Of a stretch of DNA of 64,000 bases, positions 7,678 to 16,282 are shown in pieces. Source of the DNA: an uncultured Lentisphaeraceae bacterium. Lineage in GTDB: Bacteria > Verrucomicrobiota > Kiritimatiellia > RFP12 > UBA1067. Position 1 is the stretch's first letter; each line of letters starts with the position of its first letter. The notes under the pieces were generated by a model. The model ran no database searches. It had not been told where the DNA came from and worked only from the letters and a program-made list of their open reading frames with translations. The position numbers and the translations under genes were made by a program. The stretch lies in the NCBI GenBank assembly GCA_964386385.1, contig CAYLRN010000001.1:172706-236705 (forward strand), read 5' to 3'.

Positions 7678-8526
7678 TTATGGGAGTCGGACGGCGACTT
7701 TCTTCGGCGGCATGACGTCGGGGAGACCGAGGGCCAGGTACTTCGCCCGCGCGTAGTCGTTGTACTCCAGCTCCACGCGAGCGTCCTTTGCGATGCCCAT
7801 CCCGTCGAGGTCGCGATGGCGCGCGGCAAGGTCTGCGCCGTCCGTCAGATTGGGAACGACGAGCAGGCGGACTTCCATTTTCGCCTTCGCCGCGACGAGC
7901 CGGGCGAGATTGCGCAGAATGAGCTCGTTTGATACGCCTGTGCATCGGCGATGGAGATCAGCGCCGTGCGCCTTGTAGTCGGGAAGCCACATGTCCGTCA
8001 CTGGAAGCATCGCCTCGATTGCGGCTGGCGGCGCGTGAAGCGACGTGTCCAGGCAGGTCCGCAATCCCGCCGCGCGGAAGCGCGCGAAGAGCTCCGCCGC
8101 CCATTCCCAGAAGAAGAGCGGTTCGCCGCCGGAGAGAGTGACGCCGCCGCCCGTCCGCTCGTAGAACGGCCTGTCTTCAAGCGCCAGCTCGACGATGCGC
8201 TCCATTGTCATCGGCTTCCCGTAGAACTTCAGCGCACCGGTCGGACACGTCGCCTCGTCGTTCGTGCAGACCTTGTGTCGAACGCACTTGTGCCGGAAGC
8301 GCGCCAACTGCGGCTTCGGGTCGATCGACTCCGGGTTGTGGCACCACAGGCATTTCAGCGGACACCCCTTGACGAAGAACGTCGTCCTCATCCCCGGGCC
8401 GTCCCATATTGCCATCCGCTTCACGTCGAGAAGCAGCGGCGTACGCAGCGGACGGCCGGCAGCGAACGCCGGCGCCAGAGCACATGACGCAACGCCTGCC
8501 AGGAATCCCTTGCGAGTCGTCTTCAT
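7678..8526 (-). CDS. Glycyl-radical enzyme activating protein (radical SAM) with a Tat-like N-terminal leader
   Basis: The core LLLDVKRMAIWDGPGMRTTFFVKGCPLKCLWCHNPE (CX3CX2C) is typical of PflA-family activases. ATG 8526-8524 overlaps the GRE stop (ATGA). The N-terminus is MKTTRKGFLAGVASCALAPAFAAG. The accessory ferredoxin-like Cys motifs look reduced (CVRHKVCTNDEATCP). Confidence 0.85.
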   Translation of the reverse strand: MKTTRKGFLAGVASCALAPAFAAGRPLRTPLLLDVKRMAIWDGPGMRTTFFVKGCPLKCLWCHNPESIDPKPQLARFRHKCVRHKVCTNDEATCPTGALKFYGKPMTMERIVELALEDRPFYERTGGGVTLSGGEPLFFWEWAAELFARFRAAGLRTCLDTSLHAPPAAIEAMLPVTDMWLPDYKAHGADLHRRCTGVSNELILRNLARLVAAKAKMEVRLLVVPNLTDGADLAARHRDLDGMGIAKDARVELEYNDYARAKYLALGLPDVMPPKKVAVRLP

Positions 8527-11393
8527 TGCGCGATTCCCTCCGCGCGCCGGATGTAGGCCTCCTGCTCCTTTCGCGGCATGTCGTTCCAGCGGACGTTCCA
8601 GCCGCACACGCGCACCTGCAGGTTCTCGTATTTTTCGGGCCGCCGCTGGGCGTCGCGCAGCGTCTCCACGTCCACGACGTTGAAATGGATCGCGCATCCG
8701 CCGTTCGCGAAATACGTCTGCACCAGCGCCTTCATCGCGTCAAGCCCCTTATCGCCTCCCACGGCGTACGGGAGAAGCATGACGTCGAGCGGGAAGTCGC
8801 CCGGCAGGTCGCGGGCGTCGAGGTGGGCGACGGATAGCAGAAGCGCCGTAACGCCCTCCGTGTCGGCGCCCATCGTGGGGGAGACGTTCTTGCTCATCTC
8901 CTCGCCGGCGCGGCGTCCGTCCGGCGTCGCGCCCGTGGCGCGGCCAAGGTCGATGAACTGCTTCGCGCAGTGTCCGCTCGCCTCGAACGCGCCGTTGCGC
9001 GAATTCGGGACGCCGTTCAGGCATTTAGCGTAGGCCTTGACGATTTCGTCGGCGAGATGGTTCGCCTCCGCGTCGTTGTTTCCCCACTTGCGCTTCGAGC
9101 GCTGCATCCTGAGGCGGAGGTCTTCACGCCCTTCCCAGTTCTTCGCCATCAGCGCGCCGAGTTCGGCAAGCGACATCTCACGGCGCTCGTAGACGATTTC
9201 CTCCACGGCGAGCAGCGCGTCGACCGCGGTGCCGAGGCCGGTCTGGAGGACGGAGGAGAAGTTGCCGCGCCGAGTGCCGTCGACGAATGCGTCCTTCCCG
9301 GTCATGACGCTGTATTCCGTGGCAAGCGAGAAGAGAAGGGACGGGTTGACTTCGGCAAGAGTCCTCTCCCACTCGAACGCGAGATTGCGGCTCTCGACGG
9401 TCGTCTCCGCAAGCCGCGCCAGGTAGGCCCGCCTGAACGCCGCGAAATCGGCGGCGGCGAAAGTCCCGTCCTTCGCGCGATCGAGCAGTTCCTCGACGAC
9501 CTTCAGCAGATTGACGTGGGAGATGCCGGTGCCGTTGTAGCCGTCCCTGAGGCCGAACTCGTAGCAGCCGGCGACGACCATCGCGCGGCAGTCCTCGTCA
9601 GTGCAGTCGCGTATCTTGCCCTTCAGCACGCGCGCCATCGGCTCTTCGCCGCAGAAGACGAGCGAACGGTGTCGGCGCGCCATGTCGAGGGCCTTACGCC
9701 AGACCCAGTCGGGGGTGGAGGCCGCCATCTTGAGCTGGACTTTCGGCGTCGGCAGGGCGAGTTCGTCGTGCACTTCAAGGAGAATGCGCGAGACCTCGTT
9801 GTACGCGCTCGTGCCGTCGGCGTTCGTGCCGCCGAAATAGACGGGCTGCCCCCAGTAGTTGTCGATCGACCCCCACTGCCACCAGAAGTGGCGGAGCTGT
9901 TCGCGGAACTCCGCCTCGGTCGTCCGCCCCGCCGCGATGTCTGCGCGGTAGTAGGGCGTAAGGAGGCGGTCGAGGTTGCCGAGGGAGCGGACCTGGAAGC
10001 TGTCGAAGTTCTCGCTCATCACCCAGTCGAGATAGATGAAGAGCAGGACGTCATAGGCCGTCCGCGGCGCGCCCGCGCGCAGGCGGCGCAGGGAATCGCG
10101 CTCCTTCTCGAGGCGGGAGACGCGCCGCGCATGAACCGCGCCGGGCGGGTCCGCCGCCTCGCTCCGCAGGGCAGCCAGACGACGCTCCGACTGGACGACG
10201 AGGCGGTCCAGATGGCGAAGGACGGCGTCTGCGGCCATGAGACGGCTTTCGTAGTAGGCGTTTCCGTCCTTCCAGTTCGCCAGCAGACGTTCCCGGAGGC
10301 CGGGGAAGCCGAGCGGCAGAATAGCGTCCCAGTCGGGGACGGAATGGTCGTAGTCCTTCCACATGTTCCAGCGTCCGGCCTTGCGCCCGGCATGGATCTT
10401 CGCCGGCACGTCCGGACACGTCCGGGCGTCCACCTCCCCGCTGCGCTGTCCCATGATGGAATTGAGAGGATGCCCGAACCTGTGCTTCGTCCAAAGCGCG
10501 TAGGCGGGAAACCAGTCAAGGGGCGAGACGTCTATCGCCGCGCGGTCGCAGCAGAACGCGAAGAGCTTAGCCTTTACGACGCTCCACGGCATTCTGCCCT
10601 TGCTCTCCTCCGCAAGCCTTGAGAGCGCCCCGCGCATCTCCTCGCGCTCAAGGCCGGTGGCGGGGTCTGCGACAGGGGTCCGCCACTTGAAGCGAAGGTA
10701 GTCCGCCTCGTTCGCGAACGGCGCGATCGTCCGTTCCTCGTACGGGGTCAGGACGACGTTGCGCAGACGTATCGCCACCCGTCCCTGCGGATAGGGCTGC
10801 GTCTGGAAGCCGATGCGTCCCGCGCGCGGAACTGTCACGAAGCAGCGGCTCACCTCCACTCCGTCCCACGAACACGCGACATCTCCCTCGACGCTGCGGA
10901 CGGCGAGGCGATGCCAGGCGCCGGGCGTCCGTCGCGCCGCTACGGCGCGGGGGATGCGATGGTAGCCGACTCCCGACATCGGACCCGACTGCGGCGTGGC
11001 GCCGACCATCAGCCCCGGCCATCCCCACAGGTCGCCGATGTCCGTCGTCTTCAACTGGAATTCAAGACCCGACGCCTGGTCGCCGTCGCCGACAAGAACG
11101 GCCAGCCCTCCGTCGCCGAACGAATCGTCGGCGTACTGTATTTCGGCCGTGAGCTTGAAATCGCGCCAGCGTTCCCTCGTCGTCAGGACGAGCGGCCTGG
11201 CGCCGTTCATGGTCAGGACGCCGTCCGCCAGGCTGAACGTCTCCGCGACGTCGGCGGCGGACTTCGCCATCGGGCAGTCGAAGTCCGCCAGCGTCCGCCC
11301 GGCGAACAGATCCACCGGCGGAAGCGCGGTCGGCGCGGCAAGTCCCGTCCATGCGGCAAGGACCCCGGCGGCGATGGCCATTTCAAGTTTCAT
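8523..11393 (-). CDS. Glycyl radical enzyme (PFL2/dehydratase-like) fused to an N-terminal signal-like leader and a DUF1080/3-keto-disaccharide-hydrolase-like domain
   Basis: AAGGAGG lies 6 nt upstream of ATG 11393. The C-terminal glycine loop is NLQVRVCGWNVRW and the Cys loop is VVAGCYEFG. The N-terminus is MKLEMAIAAGVLAAWTGLAAP, followed by DGVLTMNG...WRDFKLTAEIQY...GLEFQL...WHRLAVRSVEGDVACSWDGVEV...GRIGFQTQ...VAIRLRNVVL, the DUF1080 pattern. Confidence 0.85.
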   Translation of the reverse strand: MKLEMAIAAGVLAAWTGLAAPTALPPVDLFAGRTLADFDCPMAKSAADVAETFSLADGVLTMNGARPLVLTTRERWRDFKLTAEIQYADDSFGDGGLAVLVGDGDQASGLEFQLKTTDIGDLWGWPGLMVGATPQSGPMSGVGYHRIPRAVAARRTPGAWHRLAVRSVEGDVACSWDGVEVSRCFVTVPRAGRIGFQTQPYPQGRVAIRLRNVVLTPYEERTIAPFANEADYLRFKWRTPVADPATGLEREEMRGALSRLAEESKGRMPWSVVKAKLFAFCCDRAAIDVSPLDWFPAYALWTKHRFGHPLNSIMGQRSGEVDARTCPDVPAKIHAGRKAGRWNMWKDYDHSVPDWDAILPLGFPGLRERLLANWKDGNAYYESRLMAADAVLRHLDRLVVQSERRLAALRSEAADPPGAVHARRVSRLEKERDSLRRLRAGAPRTAYDVLLFIYLDWVMSENFDSFQVRSLGNLDRLLTPYYRADIAAGRTTEAEFREQLRHFWWQWGSIDNYWGQPVYFGGTNADGTSAYNEVSRILLEVHDELALPTPKVQLKMAASTPDWVWRKALDMARRHRSLVFCGEEPMARVLKGKIRDCTDEDCRAMVVAGCYEFGLRDGYNGTGISHVNLLKVVEELLDRAKDGTFAAADFAAFRRAYLARLAETTVESRNLAFEWERTLAEVNPSLLFSLATEYSVMTGKDAFVDGTRRGNFSSVLQTGLGTAVDALLAVEEIVYERREMSLAELGALMAKNWEGREDLRLRMQRSKRKWGNNDAEANHLADEIVKAYAKCLNGVPNSRNGAFEASGHCAKQFIDLGRATGATPDGRRAGEEMSKNVSPTMGADTEGVTALLLSVAHLDARDLPGDFPLDVMLLPYAVGGDKGLDAMKALVQTYFANGGCAIHFNVVDVETLRDAQRRPEKYENLQVRVCGWNVRWNDMPRKEQEAYIRRAEGIAQ

Positions 11394-11435
11394 GATACCT
11401 CCTTGAGTTCAATTGCCCCTGTGAATGGCGTTTCG

Positions 11436-14400
11436 TCAGAAAAGGCGGTTGGAGAGGAAGCAGGAGGCGACGACGTGGCCCTTGACGATGAATGTCGAGA
11501 CGGGGATGCGCATTCCGGTGAACTGCTTGAACCCCTGCAGCCACTGCCCCTTCAGCTCCAGTTCGAGGTCGCCCGTCTCGGCGCGGAACGAGACGACGCA
11601 CAGTTCGCGCGGCGAATAGCGGATTCCGGTGCCCAGGGCCTTCGAGACGGCCTCCTTCGCGCACCAGAAGCGGATGATGGCGCTTGGGGTGTCGACGGCG
11701 TTCATCGCCAGATCCTGCTCCTCCGGAAGGAAGACGCCGCGCGCGAATTCGTCGGAAAGATACCGGTCGAAGGCCTCCACGTCCACGCCGACATGGGCGT
11801 TGACCGCGACGGCGGCCATGATGAAGCGGGCGGTGTGGGCGATGGAGAGGTCGAAGTCGACGTCGCTGCGCATGTGGTGCAGCCACGGGCCCGTGACACG
11901 GGGCTTTCCGCTGGGGTCGGAATAGACCTGCACGTCGGCGTCGCTCCAGCGCGCCTGGTAGTATCTGTCCAGAAAGCGGCGGACCGCCTCCTTGGCGGCG
12001 ACGCGGCCGAAGAGCCATTCCGTCCGGCGCGCCACGCTGCCCTTCTCCTCCATCTCCGCGAACTCGTGGCGTTCGGTGCGTCCGAGGACGATGTGCGAGA
12101 GGGTCTTGAGCCAGAGTTCCTCGTTGCGTTCGAACATGGGGTAGTCGACGTCGGTCAGGACGGCGGTGGCCATCGCAAGGCCGGTCGCGCCCATGCGCTC
12201 CTCCGGGAGGGTGTGCGTCAGGTAGGTGCGCGCCGGTTCGAGGAGCATCTTTCGGTATTCGTCCGGCACGCGCTCGGTGTATTCCTCGTAGCCGCGCAGT
12301 TCCATGACAAGGTTTCCGTTGCCGTCGGAGACGAATATGTCGGAGATGAGGGACGTGGGGGTGACGCCGGTGTTGCGCAGATAGCAGTGCAGGCGGCGTC
12401 CGACGGGATGGGCGAGCGAGTGGAGGGAGAGGCCGCGGATGCGGAACGCATATGAAATCGCCCCGTGGAAGCGCTCGTGGCTGCGCCAGAGCTGGAAGCC
12501 GTCCGTGATCGCGGCCATGAGCTGCGGGTTGAGCACCCAGACCGGGACGGTCGTGTGGGACACCGCCCTGTCCGATTCTGGCACCTCAACTTCGTAGTCG
12601 AGCCCCGCCTCGCTCCATCGGTCCGCGCGGCGGATGCACTGCAGAAGCGAACCGGAGAAGAGCATGTCGGGATAGATGTCGCTCGTCTCCCAGTGGACGT
12701 CCCTCGGCGTAGTGCCGTGCTCCGGCGGCGTGAACGCCTCCGGCGGAAGGGGACCTTCGGAAAGGAGGAACGTCCCCTCCATCGCAGGCCACGTCCAGGC
12801 GGAACCGGGCGTGTCCTCGCGCACCTGGACGCGCACGGCGACGCGCGCGGAGGCGGAAGCCGCGACGCGCTCGGCCCGGACGAAGAGGCGGAGGCGGCCG
12901 TTCCTGAATGCGGCCATGCGCCGGCGCTGCAGGTCGTTCACCGCGACGACGTGGAGGCCCGGCGCCAGCTGCTGGGCGAGCTCTGCCATGATCTCCGCCG
13001 CGCCGACGAGCGTCAGCGCCGTAAACCCGCGAAGCGGCTCAAGCCCGGAGTCGGCGTGGTCGGGATGCGAGAGCTGCGACGTCCCGAGGGCGAAGTCGGC
13101 GAGGATCGGCTCCGCCTTGAGGTCGAACGTCTTCACCATCTCGATCGATATGCCCTGCTGGTGGGAGACGACGTCCATGTCTGAAATTAGCGGACACACG
13201 GCGCCGAAGCCGAACTGCTGTTCGCGGCGCCGCGCCTGGGCGGCGATGACGGCCGCGCGCACCGCGGCCCGGCTGCGGCGGTCCGACGCGCCGCCCATGG
13301 AGGGCGCAAGCGCGGAGACGGCCTGCGGCGGCGGGACGTCCACCGTCAGGGCGAGGCAGGGGAACTCGCGCGAAAGCGGCATCTCCGCCTCCATCCTGAC
13401 GTTGAGCGAGAGGGGCGACGAGAAGTCCAGAAGCCGGCATCTGCGCTGGCGGAAGAGAAGCGAGGGGTCGACGGCGGCGCCAAGGGCGGCGAGCTGGCCT
13501 ACGACGTGCATCAGCTGGACGAGGCCCACGCGGTGGATGGAGTCCGCCGCCATCACGACGCGCTCCTCTCCGCGCAGGACCTCGTCGGCAAGGCCGCAGC
13601 ACGTCCCGCGCGGGCCGACCTCCAGGAAGACGCGATAGCCGTCGGCGTACATTCTGCGAATCGTGTCCGCGAACATGACGGGCCGCACCCATTCCTCCGC
13701 CGCCTCGTCGCGCGCCTTGCGGACGCGGGGGTGGAGCGGTTCGGCGCGGCCGCACGAATAGACGGGGAACTGCGGCTTTTCGTCTATCCAGTTGGACGCG
13801 AACTTGCGCAGGAGCGGAAGCACCCCACGGCAGCCCGGCGTGTTGAACGGCCTGTCCACGGAAAGGCGGCGGACGCGCGCCCCGGCGGCGGAAAGGCGCT
13901 TCACGACGTCGGCGGCGCATTCCGGCGCGGCGGCGATTGTCATGTGGCGCGGGGAGAGGCGATACGCCACGCCGACCTTGTCAGGCGGGAACTCGCCCAA
14001 CGCGCGTTCCGTTTCGCCGGGGCTTGCAGAGACGACGGAGGCGAGGACGCACTTCGGAAGCCCCGAATGCCCCACCGCCGTGTTCACCACCTTGTACGTC
14101 TCCTGCAGGAATTTGAGCCGGTGCTTGCGCTCGAACTTCCCGAACATCCCGCTTGCGGCGAGGGCGCTCAAATCGCCTCCGGAAAAGCCCGTCGCCCCTT
14201 CCGGCACGATTCCGAGCGCGCGGAAGAGGCGCGTCAGCGCCATGTTGGCGGAATACGTGGAGACGACGGCCTCGGCGTAGCCGCCGGCCGCGAAGACGTC
14301 CGCGTCCCCGCGGTAGTACGGCGCCGGCGGGAATACGAACGACGACGGCTGGAAGGGGCCTGCGCCCTTCAGCGCGGCCTCGAGCTCGTCGAAGGGAAGA

Positions 14401-14819
14401 CGGCACTCGCGGAAGCGCACGGTGACGTCGCGAAGCATGTCGGGATAGAACGACATTGCGCCGGGATAGATGAACGCCAGCTTCCCGTCCGCGCCCTCGC
14501 CGAGGACGTGCCTGGAGAAGAAGTACGTCCCCGACTTGTCGCGCAGACGCTCCGTCTTCGCGTCGGCGATCCGCGCCGCGGCGGAGACGAGGCGGCCGCG
14601 CAGTTCCGGGACGTCGGAGACGACGAGCGCCAGAACCGCGGCCTTCTCGCCGTCAGCGAACCGGCGGGCGCACGTGTACGCGACGTCGCGCAGCTCCACG
14701 CCCGTGATCTGGTCGATGAACGACACAAGGCCGTTCACCTCGGACACAAGCCCATCCCTGTCCGCCGCGCCGAGCAGGACAAGTTCGCTTCCAAACCATT
14801 CGCTCAGGTCCGCGCTCAT
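11436..14819 (-). CDS. PKS-like multidomain protein: acyltransferase-like, PKS dehydratase-like, and C-terminal 4'-phosphopantetheinyl transferase domains
   Basis: AT-like region: IYPGAMSFYPDM, GFSGGDLSA (GxSxG), VDRPFNTP, FLEVGPRG. Hot-dog/DH-like region around ILADFALGTS...PLRGFTALTLVGAAEIMAE. PPTase motifs: GKPRV, FDLSIAHT, VGVDVEAF, FWCAKEAVSKALG. I see no ACP (DSL) motif. The ATGA-type overlap at 14816-14819 couples it to the upstream KS-like gene. Confidence 0.75.
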   Translation of the reverse strand: MSADLSEWFGSELVLLGAADRDGLVSEVNGLVSFIDQITGVELRDVAYTCARRFADGEKAAVLALVVSDVPELRGRLVSAAARIADAKTERLRDKSGTYFFSRHVLGEGADGKLAFIYPGAMSFYPDMLRDVTVRFRECRLPFDELEAALKGAGPFQPSSFVFPPAPYYRGDADVFAAGGYAEAVVSTYSANMALTRLFRALGIVPEGATGFSGGDLSALAASGMFGKFERKHRLKFLQETYKVVNTAVGHSGLPKCVLASVVSASPGETERALGEFPPDKVGVAYRLSPRHMTIAAAPECAADVVKRLSAAGARVRRLSVDRPFNTPGCRGVLPLLRKFASNWIDEKPQFPVYSCGRAEPLHPRVRKARDEAAEEWVRPVMFADTIRRMYADGYRVFLEVGPRGTCCGLADEVLRGEERVVMAADSIHRVGLVQLMHVVGQLAALGAAVDPSLLFRQRRCRLLDFSSPLSLNVRMEAEMPLSREFPCLALTVDVPPPQAVSALAPSMGGASDRRSRAAVRAAVIAAQARRREQQFGFGAVCPLISDMDVVSHQQGISIEMVKTFDLKAEPILADFALGTSQLSHPDHADSGLEPLRGFTALTLVGAAEIMAELAQQLAPGLHVVAVNDLQRRRMAAFRNGRLRLFVRAERVAASASARVAVRVQVREDTPGSAWTWPAMEGTFLLSEGPLPPEAFTPPEHGTTPRDVHWETSDIYPDMLFSGSLLQCIRRADRWSEAGLDYEVEVPESDRAVSHTTVPVWVLNPQLMAAITDGFQLWRSHERFHGAISYAFRIRGLSLHSLAHPVGRRLHCYLRNTGVTPTSLISDIFVSDGNGNLVMELRGYEEYTERVPDEYRKMLLEPARTYLTHTLPEERMGATGLAMATAVLTDVDYPMFERNEELWLKTLSHIVLGRTERHEFAEMEEKGSVARRTEWLFGRVAAKEAVRRFLDRYYQARWSDADVQVYSDPSGKPRVTGPWLHHMRSDVDFDLSIAHTARFIMAAVAVNAHVGVDVEAFDRYLSDEFARGVFLPEEQDLAMNAVDTPSAIIRFWCAKEAVSKALGTGIRYSPRELCVVSFRAETGDLELELKGQWLQGFKQFTGMRIPVSTFIVKGHVVASCFLSNRLF

Positions 14820-16186
14820 CGCCGTTCCTCGCCTTCTGGTTCCTCCTCAAGCACCACCGCCGCCTTTCGTCCGCCCAGGTCGGAGACAAGCACGACCGCG
14901 CGGCGCGGCGACGACGGGTCGCCCGTGATCCACGGCCGCGGCTCGTTCAGCAGGTACACCGACGAGTTCGCGCTGGAGAGCTGCGCAAGCGGCGTCGCCA
15001 CCGGCATCTGCGGCGGAAGGATACGCCGGCGCAGGGCGATCGCCGCCTTGAGCAGTCCCGCCGCCGCCTCGGCGCGGAAGCAGTGCCCCACGTTCCCTTT
15101 CACGGAGCCGATGCCGACGAGCGGCCCGCCGGGGCGGTGCTCGCCCCAGACGGACTGCACCGCCTCCACTTCCGCGGCGTCCATTTCGGGGATACCGCAC
15201 CCTTCCGCCTCGACGAGCCCGATCGAGTGGAGCGGCGCCGCCGCGCGCTCCGCCGCATCCGCCAGCACGTCGGCGGCGGAGAGCTCCCCGCAGGAGACAG
15301 ACCTGACGAGCGCGTATATGCGGTCGTTCGCGGCAAGCGCGTCCGACTCGCGCTTCAGGACGAAGAACGCGCCGCCCTCGCCGGGAATCGTGCCGTGGGC
15401 GGACCGGTCGAAGGGAGTCAGTTCGGAGTCCTTGGAGAAAAGAACTTCGCCGGAGACGCCCTGAAGGAAGGCTCTGCTGAGCGGCGGCGTCAGGGCCCCG
15501 GCCAGCGCGACGTCCGCCCGGCCGCTGCGAAGGTCGTCCATCGCGCCGCGCAGCGACGCGACGCCGCTGAGAAAGCCGCCGTCTATCGTCGTCGCCCCGC
15601 CGGAAAAGGAGCATTCGTGCGCTATCCACGAGGCTATCCTGTGCCCTGAACCGGAAAGGAAGCTGGCGGCGTTCGCCTCCGGGAGGGAGGAAAGCAGCTT
15701 CTGCCTTATGTTCTCGAACGATTCCTGCGGGGCGTTGCGGAAGAACCTGCCGATGATCTCCATCGTCTGGTCGATGAAGAACGTGTGGTCGAGCCAGTTG
15801 ACCGTGGAGGCGTTGAAAGGCGGCGCGTAGCCGAAGCGCACCGTGCCGCGGTGCAGTTCGCGCCCATGCGGACGCATCCCCGCATCGACAAGCGCGTCGA
15901 ACGCCAGCTGGACGGCGAAGTAGAGATCCTGGTTTTCGCCCTTGTTTATCTGGCGCGGGAAGTTCTGGTCGCCGGGGACGCAGGCGTAGAGCCGCCCGAG
16001 CGTCCCGCCGTGCGTCGGATACGGGCGGTTGAAGAGGTTCTTCGCGCCCGGCAGCAGCGCGGTGTCGAACCCAAGCGGCGCGATGCCGCTCTTCTGGTGC
16101 ATTATCTGCCGCCAGAAGACGCCCGGGTCCGCCGCCTGCGCGAAACGGCATGACACGCCCACGATTGCTATTGGAATGCTTTGCAC
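14816..16186 (-). CDS. Beta-ketoacyl synthase-like protein lacking the canonical active-site Cys
   Basis: KS fold: IPIAIVGVSCRF..., ...GSVKGNVGHCFRAEAAAGLLKA. At the DTACSSS position it reads DGGFLSG. At EAHGTG it reads EAEGCG. I prefer the GTG start at 16186 (MQSIPIAIVG), which has TATACT 6 nt upstream. The track's ATG at 16270 would overlap the purN promoter. Either start is possible. Confidence 0.75.
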   Translation of the reverse strand: MQSIPIAIVGVSCRFAQAADPGVFWRQIMHQKSGIAPLGFDTALLPGAKNLFNRPYPTHGGTLGRLYACVPGDQNFPRQINKGENQDLYFAVQLAFDALVDAGMRPHGRELHRGTVRFGYAPPFNASTVNWLDHTFFIDQTMEIIGRFFRNAPQESFENIRQKLLSSLPEANAASFLSGSGHRIASWIAHECSFSGGATTIDGGFLSGVASLRGAMDDLRSGRADVALAGALTPPLSRAFLQGVSGEVLFSKDSELTPFDRSAHGTIPGEGGAFFVLKRESDALAANDRIYALVRSVSCGELSAADVLADAAERAAAPLHSIGLVEAEGCGIPEMDAAEVEAVQSVWGEHRPGGPLVGIGSVKGNVGHCFRAEAAAGLLKAAIALRRRILPPQMPVATPLAQLSSANSSVYLLNEPRPWITGDPSSPRRAVVLVSDLGGRKAAVVLEEEPEGEERR

Positions 16187-16232
16187 GCCACCAGTATAGC
16201 AAAAACGACCGCCGTGTTGTAGACACCGGCAA

Positions 16233-16262
16233 TGGACAACAGGCGGCACGTTGTTGTACAAT
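16233..16262 (+). promoter_or_regulatory. Candidate purN promoter TGGACA-N18-TACAAT
   Basis: TGGACA at 16233-16238 and TACAAT at 16257-16262, followed by the RBS AAGGAG and ATG 16283. Confidence 0.45.
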
Positions 16263-16282
16263 AGCCGCATTCAAGGAGAACC

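Noticed and set aside
7663-7683. 8-bp AT-rich inverted repeat CCATAAAT-GGGCG-ATTTATGG overlapping the activase stop codon, considered as a terminator
   Set aside because: The stem is weak and AT-rich, and no U-tract follows it on the minus strand. I cannot support a terminator call from sequence alone.
7553-7945. 131-codon N-terminal extension of the track ORF 3797..7945, and similar extensions of the recR, purC, rluB-like, accD, lspA, folB, HAD, murU-amgK, recC and DUF456 ORFs
   Set aside because: The extensions are Arg-rich and run through promoters or upstream genes. Internal ATGs with AAGGAG-type RBSs or ATGA/TGATG coupling give N-termini that match the family consensus or a signal peptide.
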